Of a DNA stretch of 64,000 bases, positions 10,826 to 19,725 are shown one piece after another (position 1 is the first letter of the stretch; the number at the start of each line of letters is the position of its first letter). Under the pieces are notes generated by a model. The model had not been told where the DNA came from and searched no databases. It saw nothing but the letters and a program-made list of their open reading frames with translations. A program made the translations under genes and the position numbers. Source of the DNA: Patescibacteria group bacterium (GTDB taxonomy: Bacteria > Patescibacteriota > Patescibacteriia > CAIXNZ01); the NCBI GenBank assembly GCA_041651155.1, contig JBAZJU010000001.1, forward strand, positions 91,932-155,931, written 5' to 3'.

Positions 10826-11545
10826 ATGGACATCAAATCATTGAGACCCAAAGACAAAGCTGGCAAAAAGAAAATGCCGAAAATTTTAAAAACAGTTTTA
10901 ATAATTCTTTTGATCGCTTTTGTAGGTTTTGGTATTTATGCTGAATTAAGCAATTTAGGCTACATTAAAACTTTTCAATTAGCCTGGCAAATCCAGCACC
11001 AGCAGCAGCTTTCAGCTGAAGACAAAGCTATTTTAGCTCAATTGAAAAAAATTATGGTTCTGCCCGACGATGTTACACCTACCATGGCGGTTATTACTGA
11101 TATTGACGCCTTAAAAAAACAGCAGCCAACATTTTTTGCCAATGCCAAAAATGATGATCGTTTAATAATTTATCCTGAGCAGGCAATTATTTTTGACGCT
11201 GCTGCTAATAAAATTATTAAAGTCGGCCCGGTGCAAATTAACCAGGCTACCCAGATCCAGTCTGAAAATTTTGCGATTTATAATAGCTTAAAAGATGATC
11301 CGAATAATTTACAGACAACTGCGATGGAAGCAAAAATTAAGGCAGCTTTTGGTAATGCGGTGGTGTCTGTCAAGGCTAATTCTGCAAAATCTGATTATCC
11401 CAAAACTTTAGTGATTGATATTGCAGGCAATAATCCGGATATTCAAAAAATTGCTGATGCTTTGGGCGGTCAAATTTCAGGTCTGCCAGTAGGAGAGAAA
11501 AAACCAGAGGGAGTAGCTGTTTTGGTGATTATTGGAAAGGAATAA
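10826..11545 (+). CDS. membrane-anchored protein with LytR C-terminal-like domain
   Basis: single N-terminal TM; C-terminal ...KTLVID...LPVGEKKPEGVAVLVIIGKE. Confidence 0.65.
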   Translation: MDIKSLRPKDKAGKKKMPKILKTVLIILLIAFVGFGIYAELSNLGYIKTFQLAWQIQHQQQLSAEDKAILAQLKKIMVLPDDVTPTMAVITDIDALKKQQPTFFANAKNDDRLIIYPEQAIIFDAAANKIIKVGPVQINQATQIQSENFAIYNSLKDDPNNLQTTAMEAKIKAAFGNAVVSVKANSAKSDYPKTLVIDIAGNNPDIQKIADALGGQISGLPVGEKKPEGVAVLVIIGKE

Positions 11546-11628
11546 TCAGTAAAAGCACCAAACAACAAATTCCAAATATCAAATAAACACCAAAAAATAA
11601 ATAACAAATTACAAACAAAAATAAAAAT

Positions 11629-11980
11629 ATGGAGAGAAAATTCGATTTAGAAGATCGCACTTTAATTTTTGGAAAAGAAATAATACATTTGTGTAAATCT
11701 TTGCCTGCAAATACTATAAATTTCAGGTTAATTGATCAAATTATACGTTCAGGGACTTCTATGGGAGCGAATTATAGAGAGGCGAATGAAACAGAAACCA
11801 AAAAAGATTTCAAACATAAAATAAGGATTTGCTTAAGAGAGTGTAAAGAAACGGGATATTGGTTGGAACTTATTGAAGAAGCTAACCCCCCCCCCTTTTA
11901 AAGAAAAATTAAGGAAACTTCTACAAGAGAATAATGAGTTAAGAAAAATATTCGCTTCTATTTTAATAAAGTCTGAATAG
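11629..11980 (+). pseudogene. four helix bundle protein, frameshifted at a C10 tract (11886-11895)
   Basis: DLEDRT...RSGTSMGANYREA...ETGYWL; removing one C gives ...FKEKLRKLLQENNELRKIFASILIKSE*, matching the paralog at 46668. Confidence 0.85.
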
Positions 11981-12087
11981 TTTGAAATTTTGATGCTTGT
12001 TATTTAAGATTTATTTGGCCTACGCCAACCGTAGTTGGCTTCGGCCAACGAAGGTTGGAGCTTGGTATTTGCTATTTGGTTATTAAA

Positions 12088-12201
12088 AAGAGGGAGCTTT
12101 TAACCGAAGAACAATATAATTACATTGTTTCTGAACTGAACAAGTTACCTAAAGAAATTAATACTCTGGTAAAATTTACCCGCGAACGTATGTCAATTTA
12201 A
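12088..12201 (+). pseudogene. C-terminal remnant of another four helix bundle gene
   Basis: own translation KRELLTEEQYNYIVSELNKLPKEINTLVKFTRERMSI* resembles the last helix of this family; no start; followed by an AATCATTT-type periodic tract. Confidence 0.55.
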
Positions 12202-12241
12202 TCATTTAATGCTTAAATCATTTATTCATATAATTTCAACC

Positions 12242-12706
12242 ATGAACAAAAAAAAGATTGAAAAATTTTTAAAATCAAAATTATTTTTTATTTTGGTTAT
12301 TATTGTTATTGTCCCTTTGGTAACAGCCGGAGTCTGGGCGGCAACAAATATAGGGACTGATATAGATACTGATGGGAATCTAACTGTTAGTGGCATGGCT
12401 GGTATAAAGAGCGCTACGCCAAGCTTTGATTTAGATGTTAATGGCAATGCCAGAATAACGAATAATAACTTTTTATATTTTGGCGGAACAGGAGCGCTTG
12501 ATACCACTGGTTCTTTACAACATGATGGTACGGATTTTATTTTCAGTACTCCTATTATGCCAACGGGTTATAAATCCAGTGGTGGATCTCCTGGCATAAC
12601 AATTGGAGTTACTGTTAAAGATGGAGATGGCAATAATTGCGCGCTTTTTTTCTCTGATGGTTTGCTGATAGTCACTGATTGCCCGCCTATCCCTCCGCCC
12701 ACTTGA
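12242..12706 (+). CDS. small exported fibre-like protein
   Basis: TM/signal segment, then ATNIGTDIDTDGNLTVSG, similar to the mature N-terminus of 3582..10733; start placed at MNKKK. Confidence 0.6.
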   Translation: MNKKKIEKFLKSKLFFILVIIVIVPLVTAGVWAATNIGTDIDTDGNLTVSGMAGIKSATPSFDLDVNGNARITNNNFLYFGGTGALDTTGSLQHDGTDFIFSTPIMPTGYKSSGGSPGITIGVTVKDGDGNNCALFFSDGLLIVTDCPPIPPPT

Positions 12707-12750
12707 GCTAGGCGCCAAATTCTCTTGAAAATATGTAATTAAAAAATGTC

Positions 12751-14352
12751 ATGAGCCTTAATTTGAATAGGAAAATTTTCATTATTTTAATTGCGTTTAT
12801 ATTTGTATTCGCTCCATTTGTTGTCGGCGCGATTAACGATGTGACAATCAACGGCATTGTTAACTTTAATCTTCTGACCGCTGATACAGCAGATTCAACT
12901 ACCATTTTAGCCGATACAGGCGGGCAGGTTACCTTGTTTAATGTTCAGTCAAATTATATTGATATTACTTTGGATAATTTATCGTCAGTAACTTTTAATG
13001 CTACTGCGCCCAGCCGCTATATTAGAATTTCTTATCAATCTGGTTCAACAGATTATACTATAGCGCCGGCTTGCCCAACAACAACTGCAACTTTAACTGG
13101 TACAGGCGCGCAAGTTGTTTTGCGCCTGGAAGTTTACACGACTAATATCTGTCCTCCGGGTCCAGGCGGAGGCGGTCATACGCCTGTTTTCCCGACTAAT
13201 TACTCGGTAAAAATAAATAGTGGAGCAGCTACAACATCTACCACTAGCGTGACTGTAAATTTAAGCGCTCAAAATGCTGTAGAAGTAGTGGTCAGCAATG
13301 ATCCGAGTTTTATTGGCGCTACCTGGCAATCATTTACAAACCCTCTGAATTTACCCTGGACGCTAACCTCTGGTGATGGCACAAAAACTGTTTATGTAAT
13401 ATACAAAAGTTCAGATGGCAACCTAAGCCCGACTTTAAGCGCTTCTATAATTTTGCAAACTGGTACAGTCGTGCCGCCTGTGGTTCCGCCAGTTGTACCA
13501 CCTGTGGTTCCTCCTCCACCAGGACAATGTGCGATTGATTGTTCTTCAATTACTTATGACCTTTATATTGTTAATCCAAATGGGACAGAAAGGCATATTA
13601 ATACGCTTTATGCCAAGGCTCTTGCTTTAGCTCCTGAAAAAATTCAGTATAGCTTTGAAGATAATGTAGATTTTAATTATAAGGATGTTATTATTATTGT
13701 AGATAAAAGCCAGTGCTCGAGCAGAAAAATTGAAGTAACGGCAGTCAATGGCTCTTGGCACCATCAGATCAAGATAAAATTATTTAATAACGGGCAATTA
13801 TCTGAAGATATATTACTGTGGCCGGATTCCCATTTAGCCATTGGCCAAACCAAGACCATAAATTTTGTAGATTATTCCAGCCTTTGTTTGCAGGAAGTGA
13901 CTTTGAATTCAGGCGATGTTTTTAAAGGCAGCGGAGACACGGTTTATTATTATGGCGCTGATGGCAAGCGTTATATTTTTCCCACTCTCGGCACCTACTT
14001 AAGCTGGTATCCAGATTTTAGCCAGGTTAAAAGAGTGCCGGACAGTCAGTTGCCCAGCATTCCATTAGGTACAAATATTACTTATAAACCCGGCGTTAAA
14101 ATGCTAAAAGCCCAGACTTTGCCAAATGTTTACGCGGTTGATCTCCATGGCGTTTTAAGATGGATTACTTCTGAGACAGTCGCCGCCAGCTTATATGGTT
14201 CGGAATGGAATAAAAACATAGATGATTTAAGCGATGCATTTTTTAGTGATTATATAATTGGGGACGATATTACGAGCGCAACTATTTTTATTCCCAGTTT
14301 GACAAGCGCAGCTGCAATTGATATTAATTATGATAAGCGGATTACGCCTTAA
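12751..14352 (+). CDS. secreted surface protein with Pro-rich linker and C-terminal shared surface domain
   Basis: signal peptide, (VVPP)4 linker, C-terminal VYYYGADGKRYIFP...LRWITSE domain. Confidence 0.75.
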   Translation: MSLNLNRKIFIILIAFIFVFAPFVVGAINDVTINGIVNFNLLTADTADSTTILADTGGQVTLFNVQSNYIDITLDNLSSVTFNATAPSRYIRISYQSGSTDYTIAPACPTTTATLTGTGAQVVLRLEVYTTNICPPGPGGGGHTPVFPTNYSVKINSGAATTSTTSVTVNLSAQNAVEVVVSNDPSFIGATWQSFTNPLNLPWTLTSGDGTKTVYVIYKSSDGNLSPTLSASIILQTGTVVPPVVPPVVPPVVPPPPGQCAIDCSSITYDLYIVNPNGTERHINTLYAKALALAPEKIQYSFEDNVDFNYKDVIIIVDKSQCSSRKIEVTAVNGSWHHQIKIKLFNNGQLSEDILLWPDSHLAIGQTKTINFVDYSSLCLQEVTLNSGDVFKGSGDTVYYYGADGKRYIFPTLGTYLSWYPDFSQVKRVPDSQLPSIPLGTNITYKPGVKMLKAQTLPNVYAVDLHGVLRWITSETVAASLYGSEWNKNIDDLSDAFFSDYIIGDDITSATIFIPSLTSAAAIDINYDKRITP

Positions 14353-14382
14353 ATATATTTAATTAATAATTAATTAAAATTT

Positions 14383-15066
14383 ATGGACTTCCTAAGTTCA
14401 ATTGGCCAAGCTATTATCGATGCCCTGGTTATTCTCTGGGACAAATTAATAGCTTATTTGCCGAATTTGATTGCCGCAATCATTATTTTAATCGTCGGCA
14501 TTTTGATTGCCAAGGCGATTGAAAAATTAATTCAAAAAGTTATTGAAGCTCTTAAAGTTGATGATTTAATCAGAAAAATCAACATTGTCAAAAAGATTGA
14601 AGAATCAGGCACTAAAGTAATTTTTTCTCAGATTTTTGCCTGGCTGGTCAAGTGGTTTTTGTACGTTGCTCTTTTAATTGCTGTTTCCAGCATTTTAAAT
14701 CTTGGGCAATTCACTGACTTTTTGAAATCAATTGCCTTGTATCTGCCAAATGTAATAATTGCAGTCTTGATCTTAGTAGCTGGTTTAGTTTTAGGTTCAT
14801 TTATTGAAGAACTTTTGGTTAAGATCTTGGTTAGCACTAAAGCTAAAGTAGCAGCCTTAGTTGCAAAGGTTGCCAAATGGGCAATTGTAATTTTCAGTGT
14901 TTTAGCTGCTTTGATTCAATTAAATGTGGCGCCGATTTTAATTCAGACATTATTTACAACTATTGCTATGGCTATTGCCTTGGGCGCTGCTTTAGCCTTT
15001 GGCCTGGGGGGCAAAGATGCTGCCAAAGATTGGATTGACCAGATTAAAAAGGAAATTAATCGTTAA
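14383..15066 (+). CDS. CmpX-like / mechanosensitive-channel TM-helix repeat protein
   Basis: YLPNLIAAIIILIVG repeated twice; ALAFGLGGKD. Confidence 0.85.
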   Translation: MDFLSSIGQAIIDALVILWDKLIAYLPNLIAAIIILIVGILIAKAIEKLIQKVIEALKVDDLIRKINIVKKIEESGTKVIFSQIFAWLVKWFLYVALLIAVSSILNLGQFTDFLKSIALYLPNVIIAVLILVAGLVLGSFIEELLVKILVSTKAKVAALVAKVAKWAIVIFSVLAALIQLNVAPILIQTLFTTIAMAIALGAALAFGLGGKDAAKDWIDQIKKEINR

Positions 15067-15239
15067 TTTTTTTTAGAAAATATATAAGAACCCTGTTTCG
15101 CTAGAAGCAGGGTTTTTTGGTATAATAAGGTTAAATAACAAATGACAAAAATCAAATAACAAACCTTTGTTTGCTGTAGCAAACTACGGTTTGCGAAGGC
15201 AAAAAAATATCAAATAATAAAATCCAAAATTTTAAATTT

Positions 15240-17591
15240 ATGTCTGAATTGATTTTGAAATTCTCCCAAGTATCCATAAAAGATGTTGGCAAAGTAGGTG
15301 GCAAAAATGCCAGCTTGGGTGAAATGTTTAGGAATTTAATTAAAAAAGGGATTAGTATTCCTGATGGTTTTTGTACTACTGCCAAGGCATGGCAGTATTT
15401 TTTGGAGTATAATTCTTTAAAAAAGCCTATTAAGGAATCTTTGCTAAAGTTAGATAAGAATAATCTGGAAAGTTTGGAATTAACTGGCGCTAAGATCAGA
15501 AATTTAATCATGCGCGGCAGTATTCCGCCAGATTTGGCTGCTGAAATTATTGCAAGTTATAAATTACTTTCCAAGAAATACATGGTTTTAAATGTTGACG
15601 TGGCAGTGCGTTCAAGCGCCACTGCTGAAGATTTGCCAGGCGCTTCTTTTGCCGGCCAGCAGGAATCATATTTAAATATCAAAGGCGAGAAGGAACTACT
15701 TTTAGCCATTAAAAGATGTTTTGCCTCATTGTATACAAATCGCGCAATTTCATATCGCGAAGACCAGGGTTTTAATCATTTGAAAGTTTATTTATCTGTT
15801 GGCGTCCAAAAAATGATCCGTTCTGATTTGGCTTCAGCTGGCGTGATGTTTACGATTGATACAGAATCTGGCTTTAAAGATTTAATAATTATTAATTCTT
15901 CATATGGTTTGGGAGAAAATGTTGTGAAAGGCAGAGTCACGCCTGATGAATTTTTTATCTGGAAATCAAATTTGAAAATTATTAAAAAAGAGCTCGGCAG
16001 TAAAAAAAGAAAATTAATTTACACTAATAATTTAAAAAATCCAACAAAAAATATTTTGGCTGCGCCAAATGAGCGCCAGCAGTTTTCTTTAAAAAATTCT
16101 GAGATTTTGCAGCTGGCAAAATGGGCGCAGATTATTGAGCGCTATTACAAACGTCCCATGGATATTGAGTGGGCCAAAGACGGCCAGGCAAATAAATTGT
16201 ACATTGTCCAAGCACGGCCTGAGACAGTTGAGTCTTTGGTTAATCCCAATATTTTAGAACAATATATTTTGCCCAAAAGAGGGAAAGCAATTTTAAGTGG
16301 GGAAGCCATAGGTCAGAAAATTGCCACTGGCAAAGTTAAAATTATTAAAAATGTTAAACAATTAGGTGCTTTTAACCCGGGCGAGATATTGGTGACTGAA
16401 ATGACTGATCCTGATTGGGAGCCGGTTATGAAAAAAGCCGCTGGCATTATTACTAATTCAGGCGGGAGAACCTGCCATGCGGCCATTGTTTCGCGCGAAT
16501 TGGGCGTGCCGGCAATTGTGGGCAGTAAAATTGCCACCAAAATTTTAAAAGACGGGCAGAAAATTACTTTAAGCTGCGCTGAAGGTGAAAATGGTCGTGT
16601 TTACGATGGATTTTTACCATTTAAAATCAAAAAGACTGATTTGCGCAAGGTAAAAAAGCCTAAGGTAGATATTATGATGAATCTTGGCGACCCAACCCAG
16701 GCTTTTAAATATTCTTTTTTGCCCAATGAGGGTATTGGTTTGGCGCGTTTGGAGTTTATAATAACCAACTATATTAAAATCCATCCCTTAGCGCTCACGA
16801 ATTATCACAAATTGCCGGCTAATTTAAAAAAGCAGATTAATGACTTAACTTCTGCCTATAAAAACAAAACTGATTTTTATGTAGAGCAATTAGCGTTTGG
16901 TATTGCCCAGATTGGAGCTGCTTTTTATCCCAAAGATGTGATTGTGCGCTTTTCTGATTTTAAAACAAATGAATATGCCAATTTAATCGGCGGGGAATTA
17001 TATGAGCCAAAAGAAGCAAATCCAATGATTGGCTGGCGTGGCGCCTCAAGATATTATGATCCGAAATTCAAACCCGCTTTTGATTTGGAATGCCAGGCCA
17101 TAAAAAAGGTCAGAAATGAAATGGGTTTAACCAATATCAAGGTGATGGTGCCGTTTTGCCGCACCTTAGAAGAAGCTAGAAAAGTTATCCAAATATTAAG
17201 GCAAAACGGCCTCAGGCAAGGCCAAAATGGTTTACAGGTTTATGTCATGGTTGAGATTCCCAGCAATGTAATTTTGGCAGATGAATTTGCTAAAATTTTT
17301 GATGGGTTTTCAATTGGTTCCAATGACTTAACTCAATTAACTTTAGGTTTAGACCGGGACTCGGAATTAATTTTACAAATCGGTGATGAAAGAAACGAGG
17401 CAGTAAAAAAACTGGTCATTCAGGCAATTAAATCAGCTAAAAGGGCTAAGATAAAAATCGGCATTTGCGGCCAAGCACCGTCTGATTTCCCTGATTTTGC
17501 CCGCTTTTTAATGGAAGAAGGAATTGATAGCATTTCTTTAACTCCAGATACGGTAATAAAAACACGCCTTGATTTAAGCAAAAAGAGGTGA
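15240..17591 (+). CDS. ppsA: phosphoenolpyruvate synthase
   Basis: VGGKNASLGEM, VAVRSSATAEDLP, GGRTCHAAIVSRELG, FSIGSNDLTQL. Confidence 0.98.
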   Translation: MSELILKFSQVSIKDVGKVGGKNASLGEMFRNLIKKGISIPDGFCTTAKAWQYFLEYNSLKKPIKESLLKLDKNNLESLELTGAKIRNLIMRGSIPPDLAAEIIASYKLLSKKYMVLNVDVAVRSSATAEDLPGASFAGQQESYLNIKGEKELLLAIKRCFASLYTNRAISYREDQGFNHLKVYLSVGVQKMIRSDLASAGVMFTIDTESGFKDLIIINSSYGLGENVVKGRVTPDEFFIWKSNLKIIKKELGSKKRKLIYTNNLKNPTKNILAAPNERQQFSLKNSEILQLAKWAQIIERYYKRPMDIEWAKDGQANKLYIVQARPETVESLVNPNILEQYILPKRGKAILSGEAIGQKIATGKVKIIKNVKQLGAFNPGEILVTEMTDPDWEPVMKKAAGIITNSGGRTCHAAIVSRELGVPAIVGSKIATKILKDGQKITLSCAEGENGRVYDGFLPFKIKKTDLRKVKKPKVDIMMNLGDPTQAFKYSFLPNEGIGLARLEFIITNYIKIHPLALTNYHKLPANLKKQINDLTSAYKNKTDFYVEQLAFGIAQIGAAFYPKDVIVRFSDFKTNEYANLIGGELYEPKEANPMIGWRGASRYYDPKFKPAFDLECQAIKKVRNEMGLTNIKVMVPFCRTLEEARKVIQILRQNGLRQGQNGLQVYVMVEIPSNVILADEFAKIFDGFSIGSNDLTQLTLGLDRDSELILQIGDERNEAVKKLVIQAIKSAKRAKIKIGICGQAPSDFPDFARFLMEEGIDSISLTPDTVIKTRLDLSKKR

Positions 17592-17617
17592 TAAGATGGG
17601 TTTAAAGCGTAAATTAC

Positions 17618-17646
17618 TTGACAAGTAATTAAAAATGTGCTATAGT
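17618..17646 (+). promoter_or_regulatory. sigma70-type promoter with palindrome centred on -35
   Basis: TTGACA-17-TATAGT with TG extension; AATTACTTG-A-CAAGTAATT inverted repeat at 17612-17630. Confidence 0.75.
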
Positions 17647-17676
17647 TAAGGAACTAAAATAATACAGGAGGTTTTC

Positions 17677-17922
17677 GTGAAAAGAATGGAATCAGAGATC
17701 CTTGGGGCTATTTCCTTTTGCATCGTCATCTTCTTCTTTTTCTGGGTTTGCGCTGCTGCGGCCGACCCACTCCAGGTGTCGTTGCTGGCCAAAGTGCCAA
17801 GCTTCTACGCCTTCGGCATCCTTTTTCTGGGCTTGTGGTTGGCAATACTTTCCAGCCACGGCAACGAACAGACACTTCGGAAAATGAAGAAAGGCCATAA
17901 GGCCTACGTAGACAAGTATTGA
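17677..17922 (+). CDS. small two-TM orphan protein
   Basis: AGGAGG SD, GTG start, own promoter and terminator; visibly higher GC than flanks. Confidence 0.65.
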   Translation: MKRMESEILGAISFCIVIFFFFWVCAAAADPLQVSLLAKVPSFYAFGILFLGLWLAILSSHGNEQTLRKMKKGHKAYVDKY

Positions 17923-17950
17923 GGTACGATCAGTGCCTCAATCTTGCAGC

Positions 17951-17979
17951 GAGGTTCCATCAAGGAACCTCTTTTTTTT
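17951..17979 (+). terminator. intrinsic terminator
   Basis: GAGGTTCC-atcaa-GGAACCTC followed by a T-tract. Confidence 0.8.
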
Positions 17980-18075
17980 ATGCTCAAAATTCGCTATAAT
18001 TTAATAATAAGAGCAAGAAGAGCTAGATGAGCAATAGGTGAAATAAGTGAAAAAATGAATATAAAATTTATTTTT

Positions 18076-19716
18076 ATGAGTCTTAAAGAGCTTGTCAAAA
18101 GCATAACAAAAAAAGAATGGCGGTTTGTCATTCTTTTGAGTATTGTAATGATTTTGATTTTCGGCCTGCCTTGTATTTATGCTTATTTAAATGCGCCAGT
18201 AGGCTATTTTTATAATGGTTTGCATACTTTAACCCCAGGCGATTATCCTGTTTATTTTTCCTATATTAATCAAATTAAAGCAGGCCATTGGGAATTAAGG
18301 GATTATTTCACTTCTGAAGCCCAGCCGCTTGGGCTTTTAAATTTTTTTTGGCTGGCAATTGGTCTGATGGCCAGGCTTTTTTCTTTGCCGGCTGATATTG
18401 CCTTTCATCTGGCTAGATTTTTATTGATTCCTCTTTTTTTTATAATTTTTTACATTTTTACTTCATATTTTTTTACTTCAAAAAATCAAAGAAAATTAGC
18501 AGTACTTTTTATTGCATTCTCTTCAGGCATCGGCACATTTTTTGCCAGCTATTTTCTTAAATATCCTTTTAGCTTAGATGATGCTACCTATAAATGGCCG
18601 CTTGATTTTTGGATTCCTGAGCTTAATGTTTTTTCAATTTTAAGCCATTCGCCTCACATAATTTTCTCCTTTATTTTAATGGTGGCTTTTATTTTATTAA
18701 TGCTTTTGGCCTGGGATAATCATAATTATTGGTATAGTATGGCTGCTGGCATAGTCGGCTTTGTCTGGTTTAATTTCCATCCTTTTTTCTTTCCTTATGT
18801 GGTTTTTATTTTATTGCCATATCTAATCTATCTCATTGTTAAAACTAAAAAAATAAAATTGGCTGGGCATTATGTTTTAGCCATGATTTTAAGCTCACCT
18901 TTTGTTTTCTACCACTACTATAAAATTAAAACTGACCTGGTTATTGGCGCCAGAGCCAGCCAAAACATTTTATTAACCCCGCCTTTTCTTTTTGTATTTT
19001 TGGGTTTTGGCTTTTTATTGATTTTTTCTGTTATCGCCATAGTTTATTTAGCTCAGAAAAAGTTATTATTTAAAAATAGTAAGCATGTTTTTTTAGTCAT
19101 TTGGCTAATAGCTAGCTTGTTTTTGATTTATGCGCCTATTTTTTTCCAGAGGAGATTTTTAATGGGCATGCAAATTCCCATGGTATTTTTGATTGTTATT
19201 CTTTTGGCAGATTGGGTAAAATCACATCCAAACTCCAAAATATTGGCCAATAAATTTTTGTTTATCGTATTGTTTGTTATCTTTTTTTGTTTTTCATCGT
19301 TTTTTAATCTGGTCAGAGATGTCTACTATTTTCATACCCATTTTTACCATTTTTACTTGCCGCAGGAATTTAAAACCGGGCTTAATTGGTTAAATGATAA
19401 TAATCAAGCCAATAAAGCAATTTTAAGCTATGAATTAACAGGGGAATTTATTCCTGGTTATATCAATCAGCCTGCTTATCTGGCTCATGGAATTGAAACT
19501 ATAAATTATCAAGACAAAAGAAACGAGGTTTATAAATTTTTTGCTGATCAATTTAGCGAAGATCAGGCCAGAGAATTTTTAAAAACCAATCAAATTGGCT
19601 ATGTGTTTTTTACTGATTTAGAAAGAACTTACGGTCAAATTAAGCCGGCTGGCAAAGATTATTTGCAGTTGGTTTATTCAGCCGGACAGGTAGAGATTTA
19701 CGCGGTTAAAAATTAA
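18076..19716 (+). CDS. polytopic membrane protein, GT-C-type glycosyltransferase-like
   Basis: many TM helices, GDYPVYFSYI loop, soluble C-terminal domain; start uncertain (18055 or 18076). Confidence 0.55.
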   Translation: MSLKELVKSITKKEWRFVILLSIVMILIFGLPCIYAYLNAPVGYFYNGLHTLTPGDYPVYFSYINQIKAGHWELRDYFTSEAQPLGLLNFFWLAIGLMARLFSLPADIAFHLARFLLIPLFFIIFYIFTSYFFTSKNQRKLAVLFIAFSSGIGTFFASYFLKYPFSLDDATYKWPLDFWIPELNVFSILSHSPHIIFSFILMVAFILLMLLAWDNHNYWYSMAAGIVGFVWFNFHPFFFPYVVFILLPYLIYLIVKTKKIKLAGHYVLAMILSSPFVFYHYYKIKTDLVIGARASQNILLTPPFLFVFLGFGFLLIFSVIAIVYLAQKKLLFKNSKHVFLVIWLIASLFLIYAPIFFQRRFLMGMQIPMVFLIVILLADWVKSHPNSKILANKFLFIVLFVIFFCFSSFFNLVRDVYYFHTHFYHFYLPQEFKTGLNWLNDNNQANKAILSYELTGEFIPGYINQPAYLAHGIETINYQDKRNEVYKFFADQFSEDQAREFLKTNQIGYVFFTDLERTYGQIKPAGKDYLQLVYSAGQVEIYAVKN

Positions 19717-19725
19717 ATTTATCAT

